Below are positions 48,557 through 61,027 of a stretch of 64,000 nucleotides of DNA, piece after piece. This DNA is from Halocafeteria seosinensis. Its lineage: Eukaryota. The notes under the pieces were generated by a model. That model ran no database searches and had not been told where the DNA came from. It saw nothing but the letters and a program-made list of their open reading frames with translations. Where the stretch lies: the NCBI GenBank assembly GCA_001687465.1, contig LVLI01000281.1:62001-126000 (forward strand). The letters run 5' to 3'. Position 1 is the stretch's first letter. Every line of letters starts with the position of its first letter. The position numbers and the translations under genes were made by a program.

Positions 48557-49344
48557 TTAAGCACGGCCCTTCTTCAAGTTGCCGGCAACCGTAGCGAAGT
48601 GACCACCATAGTCTCGGCAAAGCGTGAGTTCGCTTTCAGACGGTTGACGAGCACCGTCGGCACCAGCAAAGGAACCAGGGCCGTACGCACTACCTCCACG
48701 GACTTCGGAGTTATCAAACATCACTGGGTTAATATAGCCCATTGGCACATATATCATCCCATGATGTGTAAGTTGGGTCAATGTCGTCAACGCAGTGGTT
48801 TCCTGTCCACCTCCTTGGGTACCAGTGCAGAAGAAAACTCCAGCAGGTTTGCCGACAAGGGCACCCTGCTGCCAAAGACTGCCAGTGGAGTCAAAAAAAG
48901 CTTTCATCTGAGCAGCCATCATGCCGAACCGCGTCGGAATGCCGAACAGTACACCGTCGTATTCAGTCAAGTCCTTTGCCGTAGCGACGGGATCGTCGGA
49001 CTTGGCAGGAGCATGCATCTTTGTGAGCACTGCACAAACGCGCCCAGAAATCATTAAAGAAGCAAATAATTGCTGACTTTGGAATACAGGACCGTTGTTT
49101 TAAAATTCTACCATACCTTCTTCAGGAAGAGTTTCCGGAACCTGCTTTAGATCTACGGTAGCCCCTTTGGACTCAAGCCCTTTCTTCACTTCTTGCGCCA
49201 TCTGCATTAAAATAGCCAGTCTTGAACAGGGAATAACATCTTTCAAGTTTTTGATGCAAACAACGAGCACTCTTAACTTACAGTGCGGACATGTCCATAC
49301 ATTGAGTAATAAACGATAAGGATTGAGGTCCCTTCAGCTGCCAT
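48557..49344 (-). CDS. wrbA: Flavodoxin-like NAD(P)H:quinone oxidoreductase (WrbA family); 2 introns
   Basis: Motifs IVYYSMYGHV, QVPETLPEE, FGIPTRFG, TGTQGGGQETT and RGGSAYG. Confidence 0.93.
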
Positions 49345-50087
49345 TTTGTTTCGGCTGCGAGGGTGAAGAAGGTTAGAAAAGCAAGAAATAATCCAAATAT
49401 CAATGGGTGAGTGCGAATCGGAACTCTTTAAAACATTTGACGTTGACGGCTCCTAGAAGACAGAGGTGTCTTTCTGGAAGATACTGTGGCGCTTCCAGAA
49501 ACATTCCGCGCGAAGATCCACGCGCGTCGATTAATTACCATGTATTCTCCCCTCATTATTAGCCCCCCCATCCTCGACCACCTACAACACTCAATCCGCA
49601 GTCTTACAGATTGGAGGACACTTTTGTCATTGCCAGTCCGTGGGTCAATGGAAGACCACATGCCTCCTTCCAAGGGGCATTGCCTGCTAACGCCGCAGCC
49701 GCGACTCTCACTCAGCTTACCTTTTTGATTCAATTAGTTAATGACTGCTAATTTTCAGTTGAGTTCTCTTTTCGCAATTGTAGTCGCACTTTGCTCTCCC
49801 AAACAATCCAAGATTTTCTTCTAATAGTGGAAACCAACAGCCTCCTGAACTCTGCAGAACATGTTTCTGGAAAGGCACGCTGGTCATGACTCTTCGCCCG
49901 CTACTTCAAGCACAGTAGAACCACACAATCTTTTGTTGGATCTAGATAAGACGCCCATTCTCCTTGAAGGATGGACGCAAACAAACGATGACGGCCAGCT
50001 ATGCTATTGTCTACTTGTGATATTACGTCCGTATCAGGAGTCGGACCTCTCGGATTGGAGTTCAGCTTTGCCGGTAGGTTGAGGAGA

Positions 50088-51424
50088 ATGAAACTGTCTC
50101 TCGGTTCCAAGAAGTAAGGAGTGTCTCATTGCAGACGAATATGATGTGATGATGTGCAGATGGTTTCAATGATGAATTTTCCTGCATTTCCTTCCCACTG
50201 TTGAATGCAGATATGGTCTTGTCAAAAAGAAAGGCCAGAAATCGAATGAATCTGGTTCAGGTGCCTCAGCCCATAAACCAGCCCTGTTCTCCATGGATGA
50301 TGGAGATGACGATGAGGGGCAAGGGGAGAAACAGACCAACAAGCAAGAAAACAGGGACGATAGATCTCGAGTAAATCGGTACTTACAGCAGCAGAAACAA
50401 CAGGATTACTCGACCAAACGAGCTCGAGAGGAGGCGTTGAACTTGGATTCCAGCATTTTCGATTATGACTCATGGAAGGGGAAGGCTGATCAAGAGAGAC
50501 AGAAACAAGAAGAGCTTAGGAAACAACAGGATACGAAGAAGCCTCGCTACATTCAGAATCTTATGAAACAGGCAGAGAAGCGAGAGCGAGAACAAGAGGA
50601 ACTACGGGAGCGGTACGATTGCCACGTAATTGATCGCAAGTGTTACAACAGGCTTCAAACCGTGTTTTTTTTGCAGGAAAATTCTTCGTGAGCAAGAACA
50701 AGAAGCTGCCCAAGGTGACACAGAAAAATTCATTACATCAGCGTAAGCAATCATTTTGAGAATGGATGCTTGTTCGACATGCAACCAACTCTCGAATTCG
50801 TGCAGGTACAAGAAAAGACTGGAAGAACGAGAACGAATGAGGGAACTTGAAAGGCTGGAGGAAGAGAAAGAAGCACGAGAAGATGTAACTAAAACTCAGG
50901 ATTTTAGTGGCTTCTACCGTAACATTCTGGCTAGTCAAGTAGGCGGCACAGGTTCTGGCGACCATCTGGCTTCTGGGGATACAATTGATCCATCTCGACT
51001 ACCAGAGTCCCAGGCCAATGCGCTGAAGGAATTCCAAAACACCAGAAGCACACATAGCAGTAAGAATGCGAACGACAGGGACAGGGAAGTCACCAACGTG
51101 TCTCATGCACCTGCCATCGCTGTACATGCGGAGGAGGAAATCGAGCTTGGAGAGTCCAGCAAACACGAGCCTACGGCTACAAGTCACACTGCCTCGGAGC
51201 CGCGAGGAGTAGAAGTACATAAGTCTTCGGAGAGTGACAATACCAAAGAACTTGGTGATGCGGAACTAAATGTGATTCAGAAGATTACCGGCTCCAGATA
51301 TACTGGCCAGCTAGAGAAAGAGGATCGCCAGACTCCGACCGTATCTTCTACGGGAAGAAGAACTGGGGAAACAGAAATCGAAGCGGCGAAGCGACGGGCG
51401 CTAGAGCGCAGGAAAAAATCCTGA
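50088..51424 (+). CDS. NSRP1: Nuclear speckle splicing regulatory protein 1 (CCDC55/DUF2040)-like; 3 introns
   Basis: K|YGL start, DSSIFDYDSW, KPRYIQNLMKQAEKRERE, EKFITSA|YKK, FYRNIL and AAKRRALER. Confidence 0.8.
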
Positions 51425-51911
51425 TTCTACCTGCAGGTATTGGTGCAGAGTGCTCAGAGAGGTTAAGTTAATGTGCTTTTTCCGTCAGAAACTGTTGTAC
51501 GTTGTATGAGGCTTTTTAATCTAAGATACACAGGAAAGAAGCGAGGGTCTGGATGGAATTCACAGCCGGGGCAACCGTTACGGGGACTTCTTACGAGGAA
51601 ATAAAGCCGCATTTTATTAGAGCGTACTACATATGCTTTGCTTGTGCTGCAAATATGAAGAGCACGGTGCTCTCTATCCTAAACTCGGTTGTTGTTGTCA
51701 AGATCGTCTTGCGTATTTTCAGCTGTTGGCGTCTTGCGATTTCTTCCCGTGCGTTGTTTACGTCTATGGATAAACCACTAGCAAGAAATAATGCTGGAGC
51801 GGAAACATCAACTTTGTTGAGTTTCGTAGCTATTGGTAGCCACCAAGCCACTAGCGTACTTCGATGAACGCCTTACGTTTACGTTTCCGTACTTGCCCTG
51901 TAGTGACTCTG

Positions 51912-54324
51912 CTAATTACTCAACTCGCCCGTCGATATTTTCTTCGGGTTAATATCACATAGTTCCCACCTCCATATTCTTCCATCATCAGTTACGTAAA
52001 GTAAAGACCTCCCATCACTGGAAAAGGCAGTATGACGAACTGTAGAAGGTTTCACATTCGGTGGAGTCAACACAGCCAGCGGTTTGACGTTGTAGTGCAC
52101 GTTGACAGTACCGAAAGGCTCTTTCAGACTGCTATCACCGTCCTCATCATCTTCGTCACCATCTGCATCTACACTGCTGTTTGCTCCATCGTTAGCGTGC
52201 TGTACTGGAGGAAGACAGTGAGCAGGTGTGGGAGAGGTTTCTCCATCTATTTCCCAAACAAAAACGTTGCCAACGCCGTTCCCTGTTGCAAGTAAAGTTC
52301 TTGAAGGATTTAAAGCCATTCTAATGAACCACAGCGTAGCATCATGCATGCCATATTCGCGGACTACAGTCGCGGACTCCTGAAGCAAAAAATGTATGAA
52401 ACAATGTGAGCGTGGTATAACCCACAAAGACTTTACTTACCTTTGCCTGGTGAATGTCTGGGTACCAGAGTACAGCGTGGTTCGCGGTGGATTTGGACAG
52501 CAGTAAATTACCAAGCCAAAGAACGTGGTCGACATAGTCCACGTGTATCTGCAGATGAAACGAACCGGAGGATTCAATCCAGGCAAACCTACAAATATAT
52601 GTATTGCATCTAGCATACCTTGGTCGTGCTAAACGCTGGGAACTGACAGCACAAAGAATGGAATGGATACATGCTGTTTCTCTTGAACTTATAGCTCTCG
52701 TCAATGGCGTGGGTGATTTCCGGAGTATCCAGGGCCCATATCTTAACTGTATTGTCCATCCCAGACGAGGCAAAGCATTGTCCCAGAGGGTGAAAATCAG
52801 CTGCGAGGACTTCATCCCGGTGGCCTCCTTCCCCAGCAAAAATGGCAATACAAACTCCATTTTCCACATTCCATAAGCGTACAGACTCATCCTTGGAGGC
52901 TGAAAGCAGTAGATGTCGATCGGTTGGATGCCATACGATGTGGTTTATCGAATTTCCTTGGCCTTGAAGAGTCTGGGCGCATACAAATTAACATTTCTTT
53001 CAGTAAGGCTAATCTATTAATAAAATGACATAAGCGTACCTGGTATACACGCTTCTGAGCTGGGTCAATGATGCGAATTAAACCCCGTTCCCCTCCTACC
53101 GCTACCAATGGGGCAGAAACATCATCGATAGGATCACAAAATGAAGAAGTTTCACTGTCCGTTAAGCAAAATACAGGAGCCCATGCGCACGTAAAGTACT
53201 CCTCCTTTTTCTGCAAAGTAACAGTTTGAGTGAATAGCAGAGTCATGCAGTCAGACCTTGACGGGATACATACATCTTCATCAACGTAGCTTTGAAGAGG
53301 AACTATAGCCCCGTTTGGTTTGTTCTCATAGATAGTGAGCTGCGGCAGTATAGTGAAACGTTGTTATATCTGTTCAAGTCGTTGGGGCAGTTGGGACACA
53401 TACTTGGTTGCTACCGCAAGTGGCAAACATGCGATCGATCTTCCTCTTCAGAGCGAACTGAGACGCATGCTTTAATTTGTACTCGTCATCTTCAAACTGA
53501 CCTCGATCATACCCATTCTTATCAAGGGAAAGTGCCGGATCGTATTCGGAAAGATCCTTACTAAGGACCGTCGAAGAGGTCTGAGTCGATTCAGGAACGT
53601 CTCCTCCTTCAATAATGGCCGATACAACATCTATCTCTTGGTCCCTTTCACCTGCACCTATGCCATAATTTTCATTATCTTTGTTGGTTCCATCAAGTTC
53701 TGTCTGGCTTTCACCAGCGCTTCCCTCTGAATGAGGCTGTGGCATGGAGTCCAAGCGAGTACCTTCCTTGGAACTCTGTTGTGCAGCATTACTGACAGTT
53801 ATGGTTGAGCTTCCGCTCGCAGCGCTGGATTGGCGATTTCCGTTATTGACTGCCGCAGCTGTGTTGGATGTGGAGCTACATGTTTGCTTCGTTTCTTTCC
53901 TAGGCTGCTCCATTTGAATTACCTCTTCATCCTCGGTGGCGCTCTCTCTTGACGCCCACGTGACGGCAGAACTCCTGCCATTCTGTTCATCTGCAGCAGA
54001 TGCGGAATCGGTACCCGTAACATTAGGGGTGGAGGTCTCTGTTTCATCCTCTGTATCGTCAAAATCCACGGAAGGCCCACGGGAGGCGCTTCGTCTTTGG
54101 GTCATATTGTCCCGGGGATATTCATAGCTCTCATTTGGGCTCTCCTCCGGATCCACGTCTTCCGTAACAACTTGGCAGAAAGCTAAACAATAGACCGGCT
54201 TCCTGTGGTTCTCCTGGACGTAGTTTACGAGCTTGAAAGAGCCTTGTTTGCCCTTGCGACAGCTAATCCGGCGGCTGCCCGAGTTACCTGAGGCACTTTT
54301 GCCACCTCGTTTGCCTTTAGGCAT
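51912..54324 (-). CDS. EED: Polycomb PRC2 WD40 subunit EED/ESC/FIE with a large insertion; about 5 introns
   Basis: Motifs FATCGSNQ, EYFTCAW, LLSASKDESVRLWN, IFAGEGGHRDEVL, SSGMDNTVKIW, YVDHVLWLGNLLLSKS and LWFIRM. Confidence 0.9.
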
Positions 54325-55141
54325 TGTATTCACGCATACGGGGAAAAACCACAAGGGGAGAAAACGGATTCCTCCTCTAAATTAGAATATTGAATTAAAT
54401 GTCTGGGGACCAATCCATTGCCAAAGCCTGCACTCAATGATCAAGGATGGGACCAGACAATCTTTTGTGGTACTTCTAGCACGCGAGGAATTAATTCATT
54501 GAAGGCCCTGCCCTGGTGTCAATAAAGAACCCATGACATACCACCCAAAAAAACTTGACTGAAGTTTTATAGAAGGATCAAAGAAGCAGAGCGGAAGGTA
54601 AAGAAATGAGCGCTTCCGAGGTACTGCTGGTTGCAGTTGTGGTCAGTGGCAATAATACCCTAAGTAATCATTGGAACACAGGGCTTGGAAATTACAGTGT
54701 GCATATGTTCAGGATTTAACGGAATGGTGGGGGATTCAAACAACTGAGATAACATACTCAGTATGCCAGCGTTCGTGAACCCTGTCACGGACGCCTCCAA
54801 TGAGCTTCACAAGCGTTCGTGGTTGAAGTCACGGAACAAGGTTGGCAGAATCTAAGCATACTCAAATTTAAGTTGATTGACGAATTGATACGTGAAGCAG
54901 CTTGTCATATAGCGTCATTTGGATTGCATTAAATCGTTTGCGTGAAACTAGTGCTAGACGCTTCTCTTGTAAATAATGCCACGGTAAGTGCATCTGCGCA
55001 ACTTTCGAGAAGACTGTCGAACGAAGTTTCAGAAGCTGCAACTTACATGAGGGCATTGCGAGGATGTTTTCCGGTTATATTGATTGTATATTTCGACTTT
55101 TACACGGATCATGGTGTCTGAAACGCTTATCTGACTATGAT

Positions 55142-55930
55142 ATGGGCCGTAGACATATGTGAGGCTGATGGAATGACATCATCAGCAACAAAAAGCATAG
55201 GGTACGACCCAAAGGGGAGAAGCAGGGGACATTGAAACGACAAAAAAGCATATGGTATACGGTTCGTGGGGACTAGCGTGAAAGCCTCAGCAAATGACAT
55301 TTACACTAGTGGCGAATGAATAAGTCTGACTATTTTTCTCTGTCAGTTCCAGGTCTAGATCTCGTGGAAGTAGCGGAGGTGGTGGTGGCCTCTTCGGAGG
55401 ATTTGGAGGCCGAAGCCAGTCGCGTGGCTCCACACCACCTGCTTCAGCTCCTTCAAGGTACGTACTGAGTCACCAAGTGGCCGTTGCTTCCCATATGTGC
55501 ATAGAGGCTAGATTTTGTGTTTGTATTTTGCTGTTACAGACAACCAGCGCAGCGTTCGTCCTCACCGCCTGCTCGTCAACAGGCGCCTCAGCAGCAATCT
55601 GGAGGTGGCGGCGGATTACTGTCTGGCATCGGTTCAACCATAGCACAGGGTATGGCTTTCGGTGGAGGTTCAGCGGTTGCTCACCGCGCAGTTGATGCTG
55701 TTGCTGGACCAAGACAAGTGGAACACGTTCATTCGGGAGGTGAAGAAGGACAGCAACCTGCTCAACAGCAGGCTGGAGCAGCGCAAGAAGGCATTGGTGG
55801 TCAGGATTGTGCCCAAATACAGCAGGAGATGAACCGTTGCTTTGAAACTAATTCTCACGACATAAGTATCTGTCAGCAATATGTTGACATGTTCAAGGAA
55901 TGCCAGCAACAGCAGCAAGACTTCCGCTAA
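55142..55930 (+). CDS. CHCHD2: CHCHD2/CHCHD10 (Mix17)-like mitochondrial twin CX9C protein; first exon tentative
   Basis: IAQGMAFGGGSAVAHRAV plus twin CX9C; exons 55347-55457 and 55540-55930 join in frame. Confidence 0.88.
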
Positions 55931-56088
55931 CTTTGGAGTGCAATAGTGGCCATACTCAAGATGAGTCACTACCATGATCTCCTTCCACGGGGAATACGAG
56001 TGCAAACCGTCGCCTTAAAGGGTGACGCGACTAAAATATACACCAAGGGTATCTTGCCATGACTGGGAAAAAATCGCTATCTGCTACG

Positions 56089-57251
56089 TCATTCTATTCT
56101 CTCTGATTCGGTTTCCTCGGAGTCGTCGATGAAATGCCCCATCCGACTCGCTTTGGTGTGAATGTAAGACGCTGCAAGATCTGAAACGGGCTGAAGGCGC
56201 AGTGGAATGCGTTTCTCTATGTGTAAGCCAAAGCTCTGCAGCTCAGTCATCTTCCGGGGGTTATTCGTTAATAAGCGCAGAGGCAACGTTGACAAGGGAG
56301 TACCCGCAGGAACTGTGCGCTCAACCAAATCTAACATTATATCGCGAGTAGCCGCATATTCCCTTGAGTCATCTGGAAGTCCTAAGGCTCGATTAGCGTC
56401 CACTGTGTCTTTGTGTTCCCTTTCCTGTAAGTCGTACGCCGCAACTTTGGCGGCGAGACCAATTCCCCGTCCTTCCTGGAGTAGATAGAGAATAGCCCCT
56501 CCTTCGGGCGCTTCCTGAATAAGCTGCAGGAGATCATAATAATGTATGTTATCAAATTATGCAAACATGATTTGTATTGAATGCAATGTCAACACACACC
56601 TTCATGCTACGTTCTAACTGCTGCGAACAGTCACACTTGAGTGAGCCAAATATTTCGCTCGTAAAGCACGCATCCTGGACACGTAAGAGCAGAGGCCTGT
56701 CCTTCAAGCTGTCCAAGTATTTGCCATCTTTGATAGCTTCCGCTATAGGAGTATGAGGAGCCATCATCAACGTGGCCTCTTTTCCTGTGTAGCTACACAC
56801 ATAAACCCGCGTATGGAATATTCCTGCAGAACAAGGCCACATACACGTTGATTTCAGCATAACTTTTCTCCTTTCGCGGGAAACAATTCACTAGTGGGAA
56901 CCCAGAGAAAATCTAGCGTACGAGGTATAACATACCATGCTTGGTCGGTAATTCGCAGGAGCTCCGATAGACAAAGGTGCCGCGGGAGCATTCCTCCGCA
57001 GAGCGCGAGGAGGAGGAGCCGAGATGCACGTTGCGCTCTGAACACCCATTCGCTGCCCAGGGCCCATTCCTACTGGCATTCCCTGCATAATGCCCGTTCT
57101 GTCTGGTGCCGTGCGCCGATAAATGATTGCCACCATCGTCTGTGGCATCAACATGAAAGTGACTGACGCAATTCGGCGCCTGCCGTGTGCCGTGACGGTA
57201 TTCTCCCATCCGTTCAGATGATGATAAGCATGAACATTCACTTTTACCCAT
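56089..57251 (-). CDS. ribA: Stand-alone GTP cyclohydrolase II (riboflavin synthesis); 2 introns
   Basis: ELPTKHG|IF, RVQDACFTSEIFGSLKCDC, QEGRGIGL..KV.AY.LQ, DTVDAN, LLTNNPRK and TK..RMGH; no DHBP-synthase half. Confidence 0.9.
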
Positions 57252-58057
57252 ATTCTCACGACTAGTGAAATTGGTCCCTCTTCACTAGGTATCGCATGCA
57301 CTGTTAAGGTGTACCAATAACTGCAACCTACCACCATAATACGCACACTGCGACTTCCGGAAACTACGAGCGGAAATGACGATTCCACTGCAACATAGGT
57401 TATGACGTGTGGAAGAGAATCGTACTTGAGAAGCGTTAAGAAGACGACAAACAAAGTTGACCAGCTTCAGTGCTTGTAAATTAGCTGAAATCCACCAAAC
57501 TTGTACCATCGTGGAACAGGTGATGGACTACCACTACACTGTACTAGGATAAGAAACTTTCCGCGAAGTTGCATCGTGGAATTTACGCGTCGAACGGCGT
57601 ATGGAAGAAAGATCCAGTGACGAGTATGACACTTCCGTCAAAACACAGCGAAGCTTTCCACCAGCTGGATACGGGTACGGCCTTGATTAAGACATTCTCC
57701 CCCAAGTAGATCTGTGGATACTTGGAGATGGAGAGGACTATAAAACGGCTAGGCTATGTCGGATGCTCCCATGGTAAATAGTCAGCGTTAATAAATATCT
57801 TTTGTGTCCCTGCATGCTTGATCACGTTGGAAACAGTCTGACACAAAGTTGACGGAACTAGGTGTACTAAACCCTTTACAGTAGTCGTGTATTTTTCCAG
57901 AGATACCATTACACCACCGACTCTTCCAACGACAGCAAGGAAACTAACAGAAGTTTGTAGCCCTCTTACTACAACATGAGCCAACCACAAAATGTCAGCT
58001 TTGGTGACACCGTATTTCTTTCAAGTGCCTGATCTTGCTGAAAAACACCCACAGCTC

Positions 58058-59700
58058 CTACTTGCTCTCAGACTTCGACTGTTGTCCGCTCTGTCCTTCG
58101 TTGGCGAATGGATTAGGTTGATCTGTCGGGATTTCTGCAAAGGTGTGGTTTACTTCTCGATGGACTGCTTCATCCGCTCTGACAGCCAATAAGATGTCGC
58201 GCATCTTAGCATTTTCACCTAGTTTCCAGTATTGCTTGGCGATTGCTGCAACCAAAGCGAAAGAGTGCAATACGTATAGGATAGTGGGAGTCAGTCACAT
58301 ACTCATACCTGGAGCTTCCATATCCTTCCATCCTGGGAGGTTGCCTTGATCCAAGTCCTTAAGGGCCCCCGTGTACGTTTTGACGGCCTCTTCTTCCAAG
58401 TAGCCCACAAAGCGATGGCAAGCTTTGGGATTGAGAATGTAGGCAAGGAAGTACAAGTTGAAGAATATCCTGCATTGCAATGACACGGATAGCATGGACC
58501 GAAGTCATTACGCGCCGTAGAACGTATACTTACCCCTGCGCAAATAACACCATCGCTCTGAGATACAACGGAGGGTTACGCATTTGCATGAACGTCAACA
58601 AATGGACACGTTCATTCTCCGCTTCTTCAAGGAGAGTATGAATCCAACCTGGAAGAGGAGGGACAACGTTGCAAAGCTCACTGGCGTTCAGACACACAAA
58701 CACACTGCTTACCGTAATCCCTCCTCATTTTCCGAAGCGATGTGCAATGTCGCCACATGCCACCTACCATGCCCTGCTAGCGAGCTCAACGAACTATAAA
58801 GGAAGCAGTTAAGACATCCAAGAACATCACGTACAGGAACCCCGGCAATGCTTTCCAAGAAGAGGAACCTTCGGAGATACTTTTCTTCCGTCATATTCAC
58901 CCCGTACCTGAAATCGGAATCGCATTGCCTATCGAATCAAAGGATGCCTTGTCCAAACCTAACACACATACCCTGTAAGCTTGTCGTAGGACGTCCGCGC
59001 TACCTTCATGATGCCATACGCCAAGCGATCACGCAGCTGTGAAATAACACAGTAGTGAAAGCATACTGACGACTTTGCTCGACATTTCTCGCACTGTTGG
59101 TGTCTCACCTTTTCTGGCTCTCTGTGGGTGATATCTACGGTCTCGATAGCCTCTTGGTCATAAATCGGGTGAGGGAGCGTGTACGTTCCTTCAGCATTGA
59201 ATTGACGGGCAGCAGCAGCAGGGTAACGTCTGTAAAGCAGGGTTGATATCAAAGTATTTGTTTAGGGGCTAGCTGGGTGGGTGTCAGACCTACTTGGGAT
59301 CACCGAAATGAGGCGATTCGGGGACCTCGTTGGCAAAGCCTGCTCTCCCTGCAGGGTTACAGTTTCCGATAGAGGCAGCTGGCACTGCCAGGCGTTGCAT
59401 CGAAGCTGCACATGTTTTTGTGTTGTTTGCAAGTCTGCATTCCACGAAGAGAGGAGGAAGTGTACCATATTCGACGTGCGTAATACGGGAAAGAAGATAG
59501 CACTTGCGGGCGATCTTTGCACAAGGCAATGCCAGCATGACCCACGAATAAACTTTCCATGAGATATAAGAGAGCTGATCCCCTTCTATTTCTCTTTCAT
59601 TAGGCATGTCGGCGTTGGTACTGATGCTCAAGCAACTGTCAGCTGATGCTGTCGAAGAACCCACCTGTGAATCTGAGAACGCAGCATTGCTATTGTATCT
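58058..59700 (-). CDS. AOX: Mitochondrial alternative oxidase, many introns; 5' end uncertain
   Basis: Di-iron motifs [34 protein letters not shown] and [12 protein letters not shown]. Confidence 0.92.
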
Positions 59701-60331
59701 GCAGCAAGATAGAAATCCCAAGACGCTCAGTACAGTTTAATCGTGTTCATTCGTTTGTGACTGATGAAGGAATCAAATCAACCAAATGTTACAATTGTGC
59801 TCAACAACCATGAGTCACGCGGAGAGTGACTTCAACTATCTGCAGGGGAGCAGCGGTAATCTTCAGAGCAAAACCAGTGTTGCGTTCCCCGTCGGCGCAT
59901 GTCAGCAAGGCTGCATGAACAACGGATCCATCGCCGCTTAACACGGGCGCATACCGCTCCTCGTTCAGAGGATGCCGTCAACTTCCTGGCCGGTGGGCTA
60001 TCTAGCCTATCTGTCACATGTGTATCCACGAAGATGAAGAGGCTAGTGAGTCAACTGCAACTATTAGTGAGTCCCTAGTCTAGTGACCTCAGACGACACT
60101 GGCAGGCGTCCTTATATAAATTCCAGGAAGCTGGGTTCAATTTTCAGCGGGTGCATTGGATACACACAGCGGGTGCAACGTCGACTCGGAAGTTGAAGCG
60201 ACTTCCGACGCCCGTTCCGCATGTAGATAGCGGTATGGTGTATCCGGCAGCCCAGTCGACAACCCTTCGTCATTGTGGTTTATTAGATGTTGTTGTCTTA
60301 GACCGGAAAGTATTATTTGCTACGTGAAACA

Positions 60332-60896
60332 ATGAAATCGTTTGGGACCGTTGTCACTGTGGGCATTCTGCTCATGGGTGTTTGCTCAGCCGCACCCCAA
60401 CGTCTACGTGCTTCCGTACGTTGTATATCCAGAGACTGGACACCCCGATGACTATTTTACATTGAACTGAACTATCTACCAATGCTTCTGTTGTTGACTA
60501 TGCTGTGCTTCTATGTGAATGCAGAATTCACTGCAAGACAGTTGCCCCACCGAGCAAGATTACCCTAATTGCAATATCGACTGCCACTTTTCTTGGAATG
60601 TCGTACCCCCTGTTGGAAGCTTCCTATTCAAATGCCTTGGAGTGCCCACGAATGCCAGTACCGTCCACTTCAGCCTGTCAAAGGACCCTGCCGACTCAGC
60701 TGGTGCGGATCTGAAGATTTCCTTGAACGGGGAGACAATGTACAACTTTGATCTGGAGCCTAATGATCCCCAGAATATCAATGTGACAACTCATGATCCT
60801 GCACCATCTTCCGGAGACTGGAATTTTTACGTAGCAAACAGAGATTGGTTGGTATGGAGGCATTGTAATGTGCATCTGGTCGTCCAACTGTACTAA
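60332..60896 (+). CDS. Small predicted secreted protein (about 150 aa); intron 60416-60524
   Basis: Signal peptide MKSFGTVVTVGILLMGVCSA; a phase-0 GT-AG junction joins the Cys-containing 125-aa ORF; TATA-like TATATAAA near 60113. Confidence 0.7.
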
Positions 60897-61027
60897 GCCA
60901 GTGGAACGCGTGGTTCATGTACAACTGTACGGAGAGCTAGTACTTATTCTGATTCGAATGTGCATAGAAAAATACACAGGTCAAATGTCCAATTGGTGAA
61001 CAGTGTTGGGTTCAAATATAAATTGCT

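Noticed and set aside
48050..48560. Overlapping 100-143 aa ORFs between the PPase and WrbA genes
   Set aside because: No recognisable motifs or consistent splice structure; likely non-coding.
55159..55346. Possible C/D snoRNA in the putative long CHCHD2 first intron
   Set aside because: CTGA is present near the end, but there is no convincing box C or terminal stem, and the intron itself is tentative.
58595..58625. AOX ENERVHL instead of the usual ENERMHL
   Set aside because: Conservative change at a non-ligand position; all iron ligands are intact.
48557..59700. Flavin/respiratory gene cluster (WrbA, CHCHD2, GTP cyclohydrolase II, AOX)
   Set aside because: Interleaved with unrelated genes (NSRP1, EED) in mixed orientations; consistent with chance in a compact genome.
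60131..60155. tRNA-like T-arm and acceptor 3' half (CTGGGTTCAATTTTCAGCGGGTGCA)
   Set aside because: No complementary 5' acceptor strand, D-arm or anticodon arm upstream; not an intact tRNA.
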